A stretch of DNA of 64,000 nt from Eledone cirrhosa. Its lineage: Eukaryota. How positions within the stretch are numbered: the stretch's first letter is position 1; every line of letters starts with the position of its first letter. The notes below the pieces were generated by a model that saw only the letters and a program-made list of their open reading frames with translations, had not been told where the DNA came from and did not search any database. Shown piece by piece: positions 41,133-57,258 of the stretch. The stretch lies in assembly GCA_964016885.1 (NCBI GenBank), contig OZ024743.1, positions 179,490,001-179,554,000 of the forward strand. The letters are read 5' to 3'. The translations under genes were made by a program, and so were the position numbers.

Positions 41133-41415
41133 GTGGAGGGGCATGGGCTAAGGGTAAGGATGTTGGACGTACGATCATAATGTCTGGGTTTCAATTCATG
41201 GACTGGGTTGTGTATTTAATTCTTGAGCACAACACTACATTTCACGTTGCTTCAGTATACTTACCTGAAAATGAGTACCACCAGTAAATGCTGAAGGATT
41301 AGCCTTGCGATGGAGTAGCTTCCTGTCCAGATCTTGTACTCTTAGTCACTTCATGTCACAGAAACTGGGATGAGCACCGGCCTGATGAGACTCTGACCTC
41401 GGGACAGACTTCAAA
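41133..41415 (+). mobile_element. tRNA-derived CORE-like SINE, degenerate
   Basis: tRNA-like head, ttcttgagcacaacact..gaaaatgagtacc, ccttgcgatggagtagc and a cagaaactgggatgagc..ggcctgatgag tail. Confidence 0.65.
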
Positions 41416-41617
41416 CTTGTTTTGGGTGTCAATAATTTGACACAATCTTTTCCACGAAAAACAAAAATGCACTCTGCTAAAGTCTAACGGCTGCAAAGTG
41501 TTTTCTGCGGTGCTCGGCTCCTTCTGCCAAACATCCACTTTCTTCACTTTGTATTATAATGGAATAAATAAAATGAATCTGTGTTGGGCCTGCCCCGGTT
41601 CATGCGACAGCTGCTCC

Positions 41618-41795
<178 letters not shown>

Positions 41796-43563
41796 GTGTA
41801 TGGGATTGTGTGAGTATGTGTGCACGTATACGGGTGCCTGTGTTTGAATGTGCGTAGATATATATATATATACTACGAATATATATAGATACTGATAAGA
41901 ATAGAAACCTGGAAATTGTTACTATATCAAGCCGTGTACATGAATTTTCTTTCTTATTCTTTTTTCTTTCATTGAAACAAATATTCAATATATTACTAAT
42001 TCTGCAGGATATTACCATTTCATTGATATTTATAGTTATATCGGTCAATGAAAGTCATTTCGTCTTAATACATATAGTCACAGCACCTACTTCATATATA
42101 TGTTTGTATAAATATACACACACACACACACACACAAGCACAGTCACCCTCTCTAAGACACAGACACACATATATGGCACTGTGCATTTATGTGTTTATA
42201 TATATACATATATATATACATATATATATACATATATACACACACACACATATATATATATATATTTGTGTGTGTGCGTGTATTTGGTATTTATTAATAT
42301 ATTTTTCTAATTCCAACAGCATAAATATTTAGAAAATATTTGAACCAATATTTAATATATCCAAAAGGGAATAATGTTACATTAATTAATTATCGGCTCC
42401 AGCAAGAAGTGACTAGATTCTCTCATTAAATCGTTACATTAAAGAAATGCTAACACAATTCATTAGTAAGTTCTTTAGTTGTTGCCGTAAGGGCTGGGGC
42501 ATCGACAATGTCAAGATATTGCACTTCGTCTGCATCCGAGGAAAGAAAGAAGGCGGTGTTTTCGTTAAGACATTAAGTTAGTAAACTTTATAATTAGTTT
42601 GATGACACACGTCGACATTTAACTTAACATAAGACTCTGTTAAATCAAAATACTGCATTTTATGGTTTAGTTTGCTTACGCCCATTGACAAAGGGTAATT
42701 GAACATGGGCGTTATTCCTCAAAAACTTTACATTGAATTCAATAAGATGACATCTAATGAGGAGGCGTATTCTTAAACACATTGTGCTTGACGTTAGGAA
42801 ATTTGTTTCAGATACTTTCTATATAAGATCAGATTATGCTTGATTTTGTTTTGAATAAAAATGCGCTTTGTAAAAAACGACTAAAGGCGTCAAAGTCACA
42901 AATATCATCAGGTAGTAAAACATCACCTATAAAAGGACCCCAGTATGAGGATGAGAGCTGTCAGCAGGGGCGGGTCTGACAGGGCTAACATTTTCTTATA
43001 CAAGGAAGATGACTTGTATACGAATGAATATTTATCATAATTGAATATTCTACTTTGACACACAAACCTCTGCTGTTGACATTATCTATCCACTCATAGT
43101 GTTGCAATGTCTTCTGGGTTCAACACTGGTTTTAACGTCTTGAATGATAATAACTTCTATTTTAGGTATATAATTTCAATCCCTGATGTATGGTAGAAAT
43201 ATGCTGAGGAAGATTTTAAGCATTTGTTCGACTTACAAGAAATTACCTTCAAATCTTTAAAATTTGATTTAAAGCTCATCAAAAATGAAATTATTGCATA
43301 ATATAAGCTTGAATGTATTATGACGTTAAAAAAGGACTGGATGTGTACGCCTGGAATCCATTTGGTAATAGGTGTGCCCTAGCATATTTAATCTGAGAAA
43401 AGGTAAGATGTCTTCGGCAAAAAAATATCCGGAAAGCATTACTGGGTAGTTCTAAAGATATCATATTACAGAATATTTCTGATTATTGCAAGAAAAATAT
43501 TTGGCAGACAATGTAAAAGATGCACCTGCCTGTTAGTCTTATGTAACTGTGTATATATTCCTG

Positions 43564-43629
<66 letters not shown>

Positions 43630-43730
43630 TGTATGTATAGTATATTTGGCAATATAACGTATGTTTAATTAAAAACAGTTTGAAGACCATACGCTGTCGG
43701 TTTTAAAGTAGTGACTATGTCACTTACTTC

Positions 43731-43809
43731 TTTTCGGCGAAAGAAGCTAACAGTCTGTTTCACGCTGTTGGTGATCATCAGAGCCACGCACTCCCTATTT
43801 CGCCGAAAA
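43731..43809 (-). ncRNA. Extended type I hammerhead motif
   Basis: ggcu-CUGAUGA-ucaccaacagcgu-GAAA-cagacug-UU/agcu with a perfect 12-bp distal stem I (ttttcggcgaaa/tttcgccgaaaa). Stem II is atypically weak. Confidence 0.55.
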
Positions 43810-44970
43810 TAATAGAAGCTGGATTCTTATATAATTCCAGTAATAATGAGGAGCTAATTATACAGAGCGATTGCCGGTCCAACAAAAATTAGGTATTAGT
43901 ATTGGTTGCTCTGAAATAGCGATGTATACATATATATATTCACATATATGTATAGAGAGAGAGAAAGCCGTTAACACATACATGCACATACACACACACT
44001 ATATATATATATATATATAAATATATGCAGAGAGAGAGAGAGGGAGGGAGAGAGAGAGAGAGATAGGCGGTGGGAGAAAGAAATCCATCCATTCACACAT
44101 ACGCAAACACATATATGTAATAACAACAACCACACATAAACACACACTAGTGAACAAAGATAGAATACAAACACACATAGACTCAGGCAAGAACACACAC
44201 CAAACTGAAACCACACTCGCAAACGCATGCACAAACAGAGACAGAGACAAGAATAAATTAATAAATAAAATAAAAATGGCGTAGACATTGTAATAAAAAA
44301 AAAGAGGAAATATAATAGTACCACTGATGATGTCACAGATGTGTAATGAAAGAAACTTGATAGACTATATGTATATATATTTATATCTGTATTTTTAACC
44401 GTTGGCCAAACAATGATGAACATTGATTGGCTAACGGTTAAAATTAACTATGGTGATATAAAAGATACAGAAGAGAAAACCAATCAAAACCAAACAGTGA
44501 GTGTGTTTTATTATTATTTCTGGCAATACAGCAACAATATAACAATATTTGTTTCAACACACGATTTCATATCAAAAACCTTGCAAATGACATTAGATAT
44601 ATTATATTAATATATACTACTTGTATACTGCAGTGTTGTTTAATCTGTATCATATATAAAGGTGAAAATATATTAAAATATGGTAAAAGAGTGCAGTTGT
44701 GAAAAAAGAGAAAAATATCTAATGAATGCAAATTTTTGAAATAGAGTCTTCAAAAGTAGTTGTATCGATATCCTACCTACTTAGTTTCAAATATTTCTTT
44801 ATTTTAGATATTACAATGTATTTCTTAAGATATCCAACTAAGAAACTCTGCACTGCTTCCAACGAAATGATTTATTTGATCATTACCAAGTAGGACAGGA
44901 ACATAAAAGATTATTTAAAGCTAATGATACATATTCTCAATCTCTCTCTCTCTCTATATATATATATCTT

Positions 44971-45038
<68 letters not shown>

Positions 45039-45180
45039 CAGATTGATAGAAAGAGAGAGTGAGCATGAATGAGAGCGGGTGAGTGAGAGAGAAAAAGAGA
45101 GATCTGAATACATATATAAACTCATAGAGCAAATATTTATTAGTTGATAATACACACATACATGAGCACACACACATATA

Positions 45181-46868
<1,688 letters not shown>

Positions 46869-46892
46869 TTTTAAAATATATTTATTTCGTTC

Positions 46893-46928
46893 CTTTACCG
46901 GTTTCGCAGTTCTTCGACTTTTCAAAAG
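46893..46928 (-). ncRNA. Minimal hammerhead-like motif with U3:A8 core
   Basis: cuu-UUGAAAA-gucgaagaacugc-GAAA-CCGG-UA/aag. Confidence 0.5.
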
Positions 46929-47284
46929 TAGAATTGAGATGGGGGCGGGGGTCTGTGGTTTTTCTCACATCTGGTTGGTCTTTGAATGTTACTTCTGTTT
47001 TATATGGAAAAAAGTGGCTCGAAATGCCATGTTTTTAGAGAAGTAATTTGGTAGCTTGGTGAATAAGTATAATAAATTTCGTGCCAGTTCGCGTTACAAA
47101 GTTCTTCAAACAAAGGTTTTTTACTTAAAAAAAGGTGGCTCACGAAGGCTTTTTTCATAAATGTAATTTGATTGCTTATAAATGAAATCATTACTGTCAC
47201 GTGAACAAGTACATTAAATTTCGCGCCCGTATTTTGGAATTTTTTTATAGCCATTTAGAGAATTTTGTGCCAAATAAAAGATAA

Positions 47285-47462
47285 TTGTTTCTACTTTTGG
47301 CACAAGGCCAGCAATTAACCAGTACATTACTGGTACTTTATGTTATCAACCCCGTAAGGATGAAAGGCAAAGTTAACCTCGGCGGGATTTGAACTCAGAC
47401 CGTAAAGGGACGTAACTATGCTGGAAAGCATGGCGTTCGACTCTCTACCGATACTGCCAAAC
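47285..47462 (-). mobile_element. Nin/Deu-like tRNA SINE with TSD
   Basis: Young copy; aaaagataattgt is repeated at 47276 and 47463. Confidence 0.9.
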
Positions 47463-47636
47463 AAAAGATAATTGTCAAGAAAAAGGGATGGAGAGAGTTG
47501 TTCTGAGTATGACTGATGTGGTGAAATACAATTTTTGGGGTTATAAATGAAATTATGACTGTCACGTGAACAAGTACATTAAATTTCAGGCCCGTATTTG
47601 GGAATTTATTTTGTAGCCTTTTAGAGAATGTTGTGC

Positions 47637-47684
<48 letters not shown>

Positions 47685-48653
47685 ATGTGTGTGTGTGTGT
47701 GTGTGCGTGTGTGTGTGTATGTGTGTGTGTGTGTGCGTGTGTGTGTGTGTGTGTGTATATAGTGATAAAATTAATACGTTAGGGGTTTCTTCACAAATCA
47801 GTTGTTATAGGGGGAATAGGGTCTGAAAATTGCAATGACTGACATTTGATGTTTATTTATATATAATTTTCTTTACTTTTATTGGTTTCAGCTTAAAAAT
47901 AATGTTACAGTCTTTCGAAAAATATTTTTCATTTGTGTTTATTTCACCTTGTTGGACGCTTGTATTCTTGTTGTATACAAGGGGCACGCAATTGGTATTA
48001 TCTTTGTCGCTTGTATCGAGGAGAATAGTCATTACAAGATGTGTAATTCAGGCTTTATTATTGTTACTTTTTCGTCTTTATTAACATTTTTTATGAGTGT
48101 AAAAATTGAGTTTTAATTTGAATTTACTTATGAAAATTATTTTCTTACTAGTACGTTTTTCCTGAGTAAAACTTTCACTACACTGGTAGAATGGGAAGAC
48201 ATCGAAATTTGGATGAATTTTTCCTCCATATTCCTCTATATATTGGCTTATAGGGATATTTCTGGTGTGCAGCTCCCTGATTTCTTGACAGTGAACTGTT
48301 ATTCGTCTTCGGAGGATAATGCTTGAGTGTCCAATATAATGTTCGTGGCAGCCATTACGTGTTATAATATATATTAGATTCTCCGATTTGAAGAAGTCAT
48401 TTTTAATTTTAAATATGTCATCGTCTTTAAAATTAAATTCGTTTCCCTCTAACAGATAGTCACCACCTCTACAATGAGGTTAATTGCACCTTTTTATTTT
48501 AGGTTCTTTAGTAACGGTTTGCAGTTTTTCCATTCTTTAATAGCGTTTTTAGTGATTTTGGTTGTGGTTTACTTTTTATGATTGGATGTTTTTTGAGATT
48601 TTTTCATTTTCTTGTCCTTTAGTAAGAGAGATAAGATAGATAAGTTTCGCTGC

Positions 48654-48748
<95 letters not shown>

Positions 48749-49119
48749 TAGACAGTTGAAACATGGTATGAACGTTTTTGTCTTGTTTTGGTATTGTTTC
48801 TCGGAGTGTTTGGATATTGATTTGACATGTTTATGGGATACAATTGTTGATTAAATTCTGATGATATTTTCTCTTGATAAATATTTGCTTCATATCTCTA
48901 GTCTGTGGTCTCTAGTTGTTGGGTTTGAGATTATTGTACAGATTCGCTGGGCTAAGTTAAAAGGGATGTTGGTACGGTTGTGTGATGAACGTGAAGATGT
49001 AAAAAGGAGGTATTGTCGCGAGTCAGTAGGTTTGATATATATGTCAGTTTCTAATGTTCTGTTTCTTTTTGTATTAGGATATCTAAACATGGAGAATTTG
49101 TATTGTTGAAATCTATAGG

Positions 49120-49305
49120 GAATTGGCAGTATCGGTAGAGCACCGAGCAACACTTTGCAGCTCTTAGTTCTGAGTTGAAATTGCGCCCGAGGTTAGCTTC
49201 ACCTTTCGTTCTTATGGTGTTGTTAAAATGAAATACCAGTAACGTATTGAGGTCGATTTAATTGACTTTCTCCTTCCCTTCAAATTGCGGGCCTTATACC
49301 ATAAA
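49120..49305 (+). mobile_element. Nin/Deu-like tRNA SINE
   Basis: ttggcagtatcggtagag..gagttgaaat..gaggttagcttcaccttt..accagtaa. Confidence 0.7.
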
Positions 49306-50169
49306 ATATGAGCAACTATAATGAAGTTGAGTACATGTGATCTTCAATATGTTTAAGATCGATAGATAGATCTGGTTTTGCAGGATATTGTAGAATCTTT
49401 ACACTGAATTATTTGCTCAATATTAATAATTGAATTTCATTTATTGAATATTGATATGTGGTTGATAAATGAAACATATGCATGGGAGGCTAAATGCAAT
49501 TTTCACATAATTGATAATTATATTGATTATAACTAGTATGTGATCAATGACATTGATAATATCATATTTAGTATTTAGCATAACAGTAATTTATTGATTT
49601 CACATATAAAGTCTTTATTAATTGCTTTATAATATTATACACTTCATCGAATGGTGGAGCACAAGGAAGCTTTCCACCACGTTGCCTTCATCAGAATATC
49701 TTTCAGATTTTGAAAATATATATTCAGGGAATATTTACAGGGAATATTTACAGGCAATATTTACAAAATCATAAATTATATGTGATATTTGAAACTATAC
49801 CAATTAACATTTTAATATATTGAACTACTAACACCGAAATTTATTGTGCCGAATTGCAACTTTTCATCACAAAGTCTTCAGTATCTTCAAGAGAATAACT
49901 ATTAATATTGTGAGTGTGTGTGTCTGTGAAACATATGCACCAGGCCTGAGCAGAAAGGAACAAAACTCCCACTGTCACTGACCCCGTCTCTTCCCTCTCC
50001 CTATCTCTCACTACTATGAGCAAATGGGGACTCACTTGCATTTCGGGATAGTATACTGGCACATAAATAAGTTAGTAGTTCACAGCGATGTCGAAGATGA
50101 AATCGAAAACGTTGAGTTTGTCCATTGACGTTTGAAAATTTGTATTTTGTATGCTGACATGAATCAAAT

Positions 50170-50345
50170 AATTGTTTCTACCTTTGGCACAAGGCCAGCA
50201 ATTACCCAGTACATTACTGGTACTTTATTCTTTCGACCCAGTAAGGATGAAAGGCAAAGTTAACCTCGGCGGGATTTGAACTCAGAACATAAAGGGACGT
50301 AACTATGCTGGTAAGCATGTCCGAACATATACCGATATTGTCAAT
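50170..50345 (-). mobile_element. Nin/Deu-like tRNA SINE
   Basis: Same consensus as the array copies. Confidence 0.85.
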
Positions 50346-51539
50346 GAGAAGTGACTGGTGTACACAGACATCTGTACTCTTAACATAATCCTCGGGGAGA
50401 TTCAGCGTGACAGAGTGTGATAAAACGGGACTTTCAAAATAGACGAAGAGACCATCTAATGAATTTCCAAACAGTTTATTTCTACCCAGTTTAACTAAAA
50501 ATAGCAACATCCTATGGTGCATGTTGACAATAAATGAGTATTGTATTGCATTTAATTTATAAATATGCATTAAAATAAATTGAAAAGTAATAAGTAAAAC
50601 AAAGGAAAGCTGACTCCGAAGAGGCTTTATAGAAATGTGTGTTAAACATTGAGGCAGGAGAATTTGCATACAATACGTTGAGGCACTATAGATATGACAG
50701 AGGAAATAATCCTTGCTTTAAGGGCATATTTGTACGTACTGATATCTGATTTCTGTACATTTTTGCCACAGCAGTCCATAACACAATTATATTATCGATT
50801 TAGACTGGCAACAGTTTGTGGAATCTATATATATATATATACACATATATACCGGCATTATTTGTATAGAAAGGCATACGGATGCCTGTCTGCCGACATC
50901 TGAAAGTTGTTGTTCAGTTACCTAGTTAAAATGGCAGGAATGTATGTGTCATGCCTCCTTAGCTTAATGGTGAAAGCATTTAGCGGTATCTGGAAAATAT
51001 GCAGTTCAATTCTTCATAGCGGCCGATGGTCACTTCTTTTCTCGTCTCTTAAGGGTTTTCATCCTATTTCCGCTTGAGCTCTTTACACACACACACACAC
51101 ACACTATATATATATATATATCGTGTAAACGACCGACGTTCGTCAGATCGGACCGAGGAACAATGTTTCCAGTTGCTAATATTATATATCGGTCGCAACT
51201 CCAGGTAGAAGGAGCAACGTGAAATAAAGTGTCTTATTCAAGGATATAATGCATCGCACGATCCAAGAATCGAACTCACAACCTCACGATTGCGAATCAA
51301 ATTTTCTACCAGGATCAAACATACCAGGAAATACGAGTTTCCCTCCGAATGGAAACATTATAAACATATTGGTGTGTAGGGGAGTGGTGGTGAGACATAA
51401 AGCGAAAGGAAACGGTGCGAATGAAAAATTAACAAATAAAGACAAAAATATAATAAATAATAAATAAAAATAAAGCATGATCAAAATACAAGGAATGAGA
51501 AAATTTAAAAATAAAGGCATGATCAAAATAAACTGAAAT

Positions 51540-51660
51540 TAAAAGGGGGGTAAACAGGTGGTGGAAGGGTGTGGGGTGAGTAGAGGTGGTGGCGGGTGGA
51601 GTGGGGAGAGGGAGACGGGGTGTCCGAGCGGGGAGGGCTGAAGGTGGTGTGTGTGGTTAG

Positions 51661-51697
<37 letters not shown>

Positions 51698-52196
51698 AAA
51701 GTGAGGGTTGGGGGAAGAACGGGGTTGCATGTTCAGGAAGGTGTGTGTGGGGGGTGTTTTTGTGGGTCGGAGGGTCTGTGCGTGTGCGGATAGGGGGGTG
51801 GGGGGAGAGGAATCAGGGGGCTAAGGGTGTAAATATGTGGTGGGAAGCACGTGTGTGTGGTTTAAGCGTGTTGTGGGTGTGGGTGGCGTGTGGATAAAAA
51901 ATATGTTTTGGGGTGTGTGTGTGGGTGAGTTATATAGGTGATGGTGTAAGAGGATGGTTGATAGTGGTAAGTTACACGGATGTATGGAGATTTTGGTTGG
52001 AAGTCAAAACGCGTGTGGGTAATCCAGGAAGCGGTGGTCGGAAGAGGAGAGAAGTGGGGTGCGCGCGCAACAGGAAGTGGTCAGCAGTGGAAGTGCTGTG
52101 GTCAGTTGGTGCTGAGACAGTGGTCGGAAGGGCATAGCAGCAGTCGGCGGAATGGTAGGGAGGCGAGGATGGGTAGGTGTGAGAGTTGGAGTGAGG

Positions 52197-52233
<37 letters not shown>

Positions 52234-52740
52234 TAGTAGGGGTGTTAGTGGGATGAGTGAGTGTGGAGTGGGGAGAGAAGGGTGTGTGTGGTTCTATGGA
52301 GGGAGTGTGGTGTACTGGTGTGTGTGTAGTTTGGTGAGGAGGTGTTAGTGGGTGTTAGTATACGGGAGGTGGGGAGGGGTGGAATGCAGGTGTGAGTGGG
52401 GGTTAGTGGGGGTAGGGTGTGTAGAGTTGGTGGTGTACGAGGGTGTGTGGGTACGTGTGCGTGGGGTTGGAGGGTGTTAGTGATGTTAGTTGCGTGTGGG
52501 GTGGGTGGTGTAAGTGGATGCGTGTGTGCGTGTGATAAGGAGGGGGGAGGAGGAGAAGAGGGGAGGGAAGGGATGTTAGTATGTTAGTTGGGGAAGGGTG
52601 GTCAGATGAGGGGTGGAGTGGAGGTGTTATTATTGTTAGTGTGGGGTGGGCGGTGAAAAGGAGGGATGTGTTAGTGGTGTTAGTGGGGGATAAGTGGGGG
52701 GAGGGGGGCGGTCGAACGCTAAAGGAATAAGGGTGGGGTA
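51540..52740. repeat. Strand-biased G/T-rich low-complexity tract
   Basis: Many GGG(G) runs interspersed with GT and very few C. Confidence 0.85.
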
Positions 52741-52883
52741 TATATATATATATATAGTGTGTGTGTATGTGTGTGTGTGAGAGAGAATATATAGAAATAT
52801 ATATACATGTGTATGTGTATACAAACATACCTACATATATATTTGTACGAATATAAGCATATGCGCATATATTTAAGAATATA

Positions 52884-52927
<44 letters not shown>

Positions 52928-53324
52928 ACGATAAATTAACGGAGGCATATATACATATGTATATTTGGTCGTGTACATATAAAGATCAAGTCAGAGAGAT
53001 TCGTATTCATGCATACATACGTACACACACACATACATATACATACACACACTCACACACAAACACACATACATAGCCTATTGAACGTTTACACATATAT
53101 AAATCTACGACCGTCTCTAGAAAAACATTGTTGAGTCCTGTCGATAGATCTAACGTCCAAGTTTACAAAGTAGAACGCGAGTGTTTGGTTTGTAAAAGAA
53201 AAGTGAGATCTAGACAGGTCCCATTTGTTTATACATATATCTAAATCACTTCACTTTTACCTCCCACACTGTCTCCAGATATATACTCATTTACATGGTA
53301 TGTATATACAGATATATATATACA

Positions 53325-53370
<46 letters not shown>

Positions 53371-53529
53371 ATACTTTGGGAGGGTCATGTTGCCAATAGG
53401 AAACACACGCACCAGTTGCTTTCACTTCAATTTATTCAACACACGATTTCAGATAAAGAATCTTGCTAAACAAATTCAGAAACGAAATATATATATATAT
53501 ATATATATGTAGTCTTCGCATTTATATAT

Positions 53530-53576
<47 letters not shown>

Positions 53577-53762
53577 CTGTTTCTACTTTTGGCACACGGC
53601 CAGTAATTATACCAGTACATCACTGGTACTTTATTTTATCGACCCCATAAAGATTAAAGGCAAAGTTAACCTCGACGGGATTTGAACTCAGACCGTAAAG
53701 AGATGTAACTATGCTAGAAAGCATGGCGTCCAACCCTCTACCGATACTGCCAATTCACTGCC
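53577..53762 (-). mobile_element. Nin/Deu-like tRNA SINE
   Basis: Full-length consensus match. Confidence 0.88.
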
Positions 53763-53846
53763 ATATATATATAATAACAATAATAATAATAATTATTATT
53801 ATTATAATAAACAAGAAAGACGGTTTCATTTGTCCATCCCTATTTA

Positions 53847-53917
53847 TTTTGTTATACGTATTTAAAAGACGTATGGCAATTGTATAACAGCGCCCTACGT
53901 GTTCTCTTCAGACAAAA
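53847..53917 (-). ncRNA. Hammerhead relic (G12 to U)
   Basis: uuuugu-CUGAAGA-long stem II-UAAA-uacgua-UA/acaaaa, overlapping AAUAAA. Confidence 0.55.
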
Positions 53918-56082
53918 ATTTACACGAGATGTAAATATCCATTGGTACGTTACCGGCCATACGACCATTTCCCTTCGCCGATCAGTAAGCATATGTCCGA
54001 AAATGTTCAAGTAGTAGTTTTTATATGTGTGTGAGATATTATATGTGTGGGAGATATTCCAATTGGCGTTGCTGCTTGTGAACTGGCTAGGGTATCAATT
54101 TACCAGATTTGTCGCTTGATACCTAATAGGGCATGTATGAACTGTTAGTCTGTTTTTTATTCATTTTTTTAATATATTTGTTACTCATTCTAATATTAGA
54201 TATTTGTACTTTGATTCTGATGTTATAATATATCTATATATTAATGAATGTTTAATTAATTATTTGGTGCTCTATATAACATTATTTAAGTTTAAACTAT
54301 ATACAGAATTTTGGTTTAGCGATATTTCGAGGAAGTTGGCTATTCTATTGTTATTTACTATTTCTAACTTAAGACCTTAATTGTTAAAAAAGTCTATTAT
54401 TATTTTCTTTTTCCTATTTAGGGCACTATTGTTATGGTTAACTAATAATCCGCTTTCATTTTCGTTATCTGAGTCTTCTCATATTTTTTAATACGGCCTC
54501 TATGGTTCATAAGCGCCAAAAAGTTCCCTGCTCCATATTCTTATCAAAGTTTCCAGGCTCTCACACTTTCAGCCTCCAGAGTATTTGTGTCTTTTATCAT
54601 AAATACATACATTTCATGAAATATGCAATTTTACTTTCTCTTCAAATTTCCATCTGAACTTCACCATTATACTGATACTTTGTATGTCATTATTTCAAAC
54701 ATTTTTATGTGTCTGGGATTTTACTGTATATTGAAGATCTAATTGCGTTATGGGTAATGATTTTATAGTTGGTCGTGTATGTTTGTTCGGACTTCTGTAT
54801 AATCCAAACAGTTGTCCATTAATTTTCCTATCTAAATCTGTTCTGTGTTGTGTTGAGTAATGTGTTGTAATTGTTGCTTCGTTAACATATGTGGCTTTTT
54901 GGTGTTGGTGTTTTTGCACACGCTTTAGTGTGTTTGAGTGTGAATGTTGCAAATATCAAATCTGTGAAAACTAGAATACAAATGTAAATAGACAAGAAGT
55001 TGTCTATATAAATTAGGAATTAATACATTCATTTTTGAACTTCTTGTTTGATGTGTTCAATTCTTCTGACCTATCACCCAGCTGCCACGATCTGCTTCAG
55101 AAGTTTTCTAATAGAACTCTTGTCATATGTAATCTGACCATAAAAGACTACATTGCGAATGAAATCATTTGACATCTGAGCCGCATAATATCACCAGCAA
55201 CGTTGTGGTAGCACATTTGTGTTGCGTGTAATATTCTGCTTCTTATCTTAGAGATTTTGCTAAAAGGATGAAGAAGGAATCCTTCTTGTCACTTTATCTG
55301 CTTGCTCTACAGAGTACATGATTCTGCACTATGTAAGAGCGTAGTTGAATCATTACTTACAGTGAAATATATTGGTCATAACAAAGTTGACTTTTCAGTC
55401 TCCCAGAGGCAACTTTTGCTTAACCATTTTCATAAGGGAAATCAAGTTGTTTGGCCGGTTTACTGCACAAGAAAGAAATTTTACATATTTCTTGTAGCAC
55501 TTATCTAGATTACTTATGAAAATCCAGGTGTGGGTTGTTGTATTGTTTCAATCTTCTTCATACTGATGATGTAGTCTAACATTTAATGTAGCAGTTTTAA
55601 AGCAGCCTGTGATGTTTGATTATCTTCAACAATTTAAACAAAAGGGTATATTCATCTGCTGCGGTCAGTTCCCTTACCAATACGCTGATATATTTAATGT
55701 AGCACGATGTCTTTGAGTGTTGAAAATCTTTCTATCATTTCGAAATTGAATCTTGCAAGTAAACAGTATTTCTTTGCAAGATGAATCAGGCATAACTGAC
55801 CTAACATGCTAAGAAGTGTTGGATCAATAGGACAGCATAGCATGTCAGAATTTGTTACTGTAAAATATTCCACCATAGTTCCACTTTCGAAATCATTTAA
55901 TTGCCTACTATTGTGTAAAAAGGCAGTGTTATCCAGATAAACATGATTACAGTCAATCTTGGTGATATCTTTTCAGAAACAATCACAAATATCCCTCACA
56001 AATGCTTTAGTAAAACCAATGACAACCATATAAATATTTTTTAATAAATTAGTTTTTTAATTTTTCTGGAAGTAAATGAGGA

Positions 56083-56171
<89 letters not shown>

Positions 56172-56177
56172 GTCAGG

Positions 56178-56272
56178 ACCCCGACGGCAGAGCTCAAACC
56201 GTTTCGACGGCTATTTATGGATTAAATTAATTTTTTAGTGTGGTGCCGATATAGCCGAAATCTTCAAGGGGT
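56178..56272 (-). ncRNA. Hammerhead motif within a TA-flanked element (about 56171-56890)
   Basis: acccc-UUGAAGA-uuucggcuau...auagccguc-GAAA-cgg..ccg-UC/ggggu. An inverted copy of the terminus lies at about 56780-56807. Confidence 0.6.
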
Positions 56273-57001
56273 AATTCCATATATGGGCATGCGATAATCA
56301 GGCATTTCTGAAGGTTGTTGTTGTCAAAAGGAGTGGTCGAAATTCCTTGTAAACACAGTTGAATCTTTCACGACGGTGTTTAGGAGTCAGGGTGGCTGAA
56401 TTTGCCCGTAGAACAAAGAGGGAGTGGGTGAAGCCGGTCAAGCGTTAAAAGTAAATTATATACAGCAAATTCTAAGGTGTGTGTATAAAGTAGGCTAGCT
56501 ACAAAGCTAGTGAAAATAGAATTATACAGGAATCTGAAAATGGGAAATTATAAAATTTAAAAAAATTGAAGTCTCGAACACGAAAACGGGGAATAATAAT
56601 TCAATACCCCAGGGCTTCATCTCATAACGGTAAAATTTCACTAAGGATGCACCCCCCCCCCCCTAAAAAAGAAAATACCTGCTATATTTTTAGCTGGTGT
56701 TGTGTTTTCAACCAATGCTATATAAATTTCAGGGGGGTGGGGATACTGAGGCTACAAAAAGCTAAGTGTTATTACAAGCTTGAGCTCTGCCATCGGGTCT
56801 TGACTCTTTTCCTATTACCCACTCTACTACCCAAAGTATCGAATACTCTGGTGCGTTATGGTCCACCTGGTTCCTTACCACACTTCTTTCGTTATATATG
56901 TATATATATATATATATATATAAATTTGAAAAAAAGGAAAAGAATGAGTTCACTTGTAGTGTTAAAAAAATGTTTGATTTAATTTTATAATATTATGAGT
57001 T

Positions 57002-57096
<95 letters not shown>

Positions 57097-57164
57097 TTGT
57101 GCTTTGACCGATGAGACCACTAATTATAGAGTACTCACCATAAAACTCCTCTTTGGATGTTGGT

Positions 57165-57202
<38 letters not shown>

Positions 57203-57258
57203 GCTTGAAGGTTGAAATAAATAAATACTGAATACCGAAGTAAAGGTTCAATATTCAT

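Larger units (their letters stand above)
46870..49110 (-). mobile_element. Decayed Neptune-type PLE, 3' half with 3' pLTR; contains a SINE and (TA)n insertions
   Basis: LETDIYIKPTDSRQYL..NIPFNLAQRICTII, HYIGHS..RRRITVH and FDVFPFYQC. Segment 46870-47060 is homologous to 13040-13220. Confidence 0.78.

Noticed and set aside
44318-44370. ctgatgatgtcac..gaaa hammerhead-like string
   Set aside because: No convincing stems I and III or cleavage triplet.
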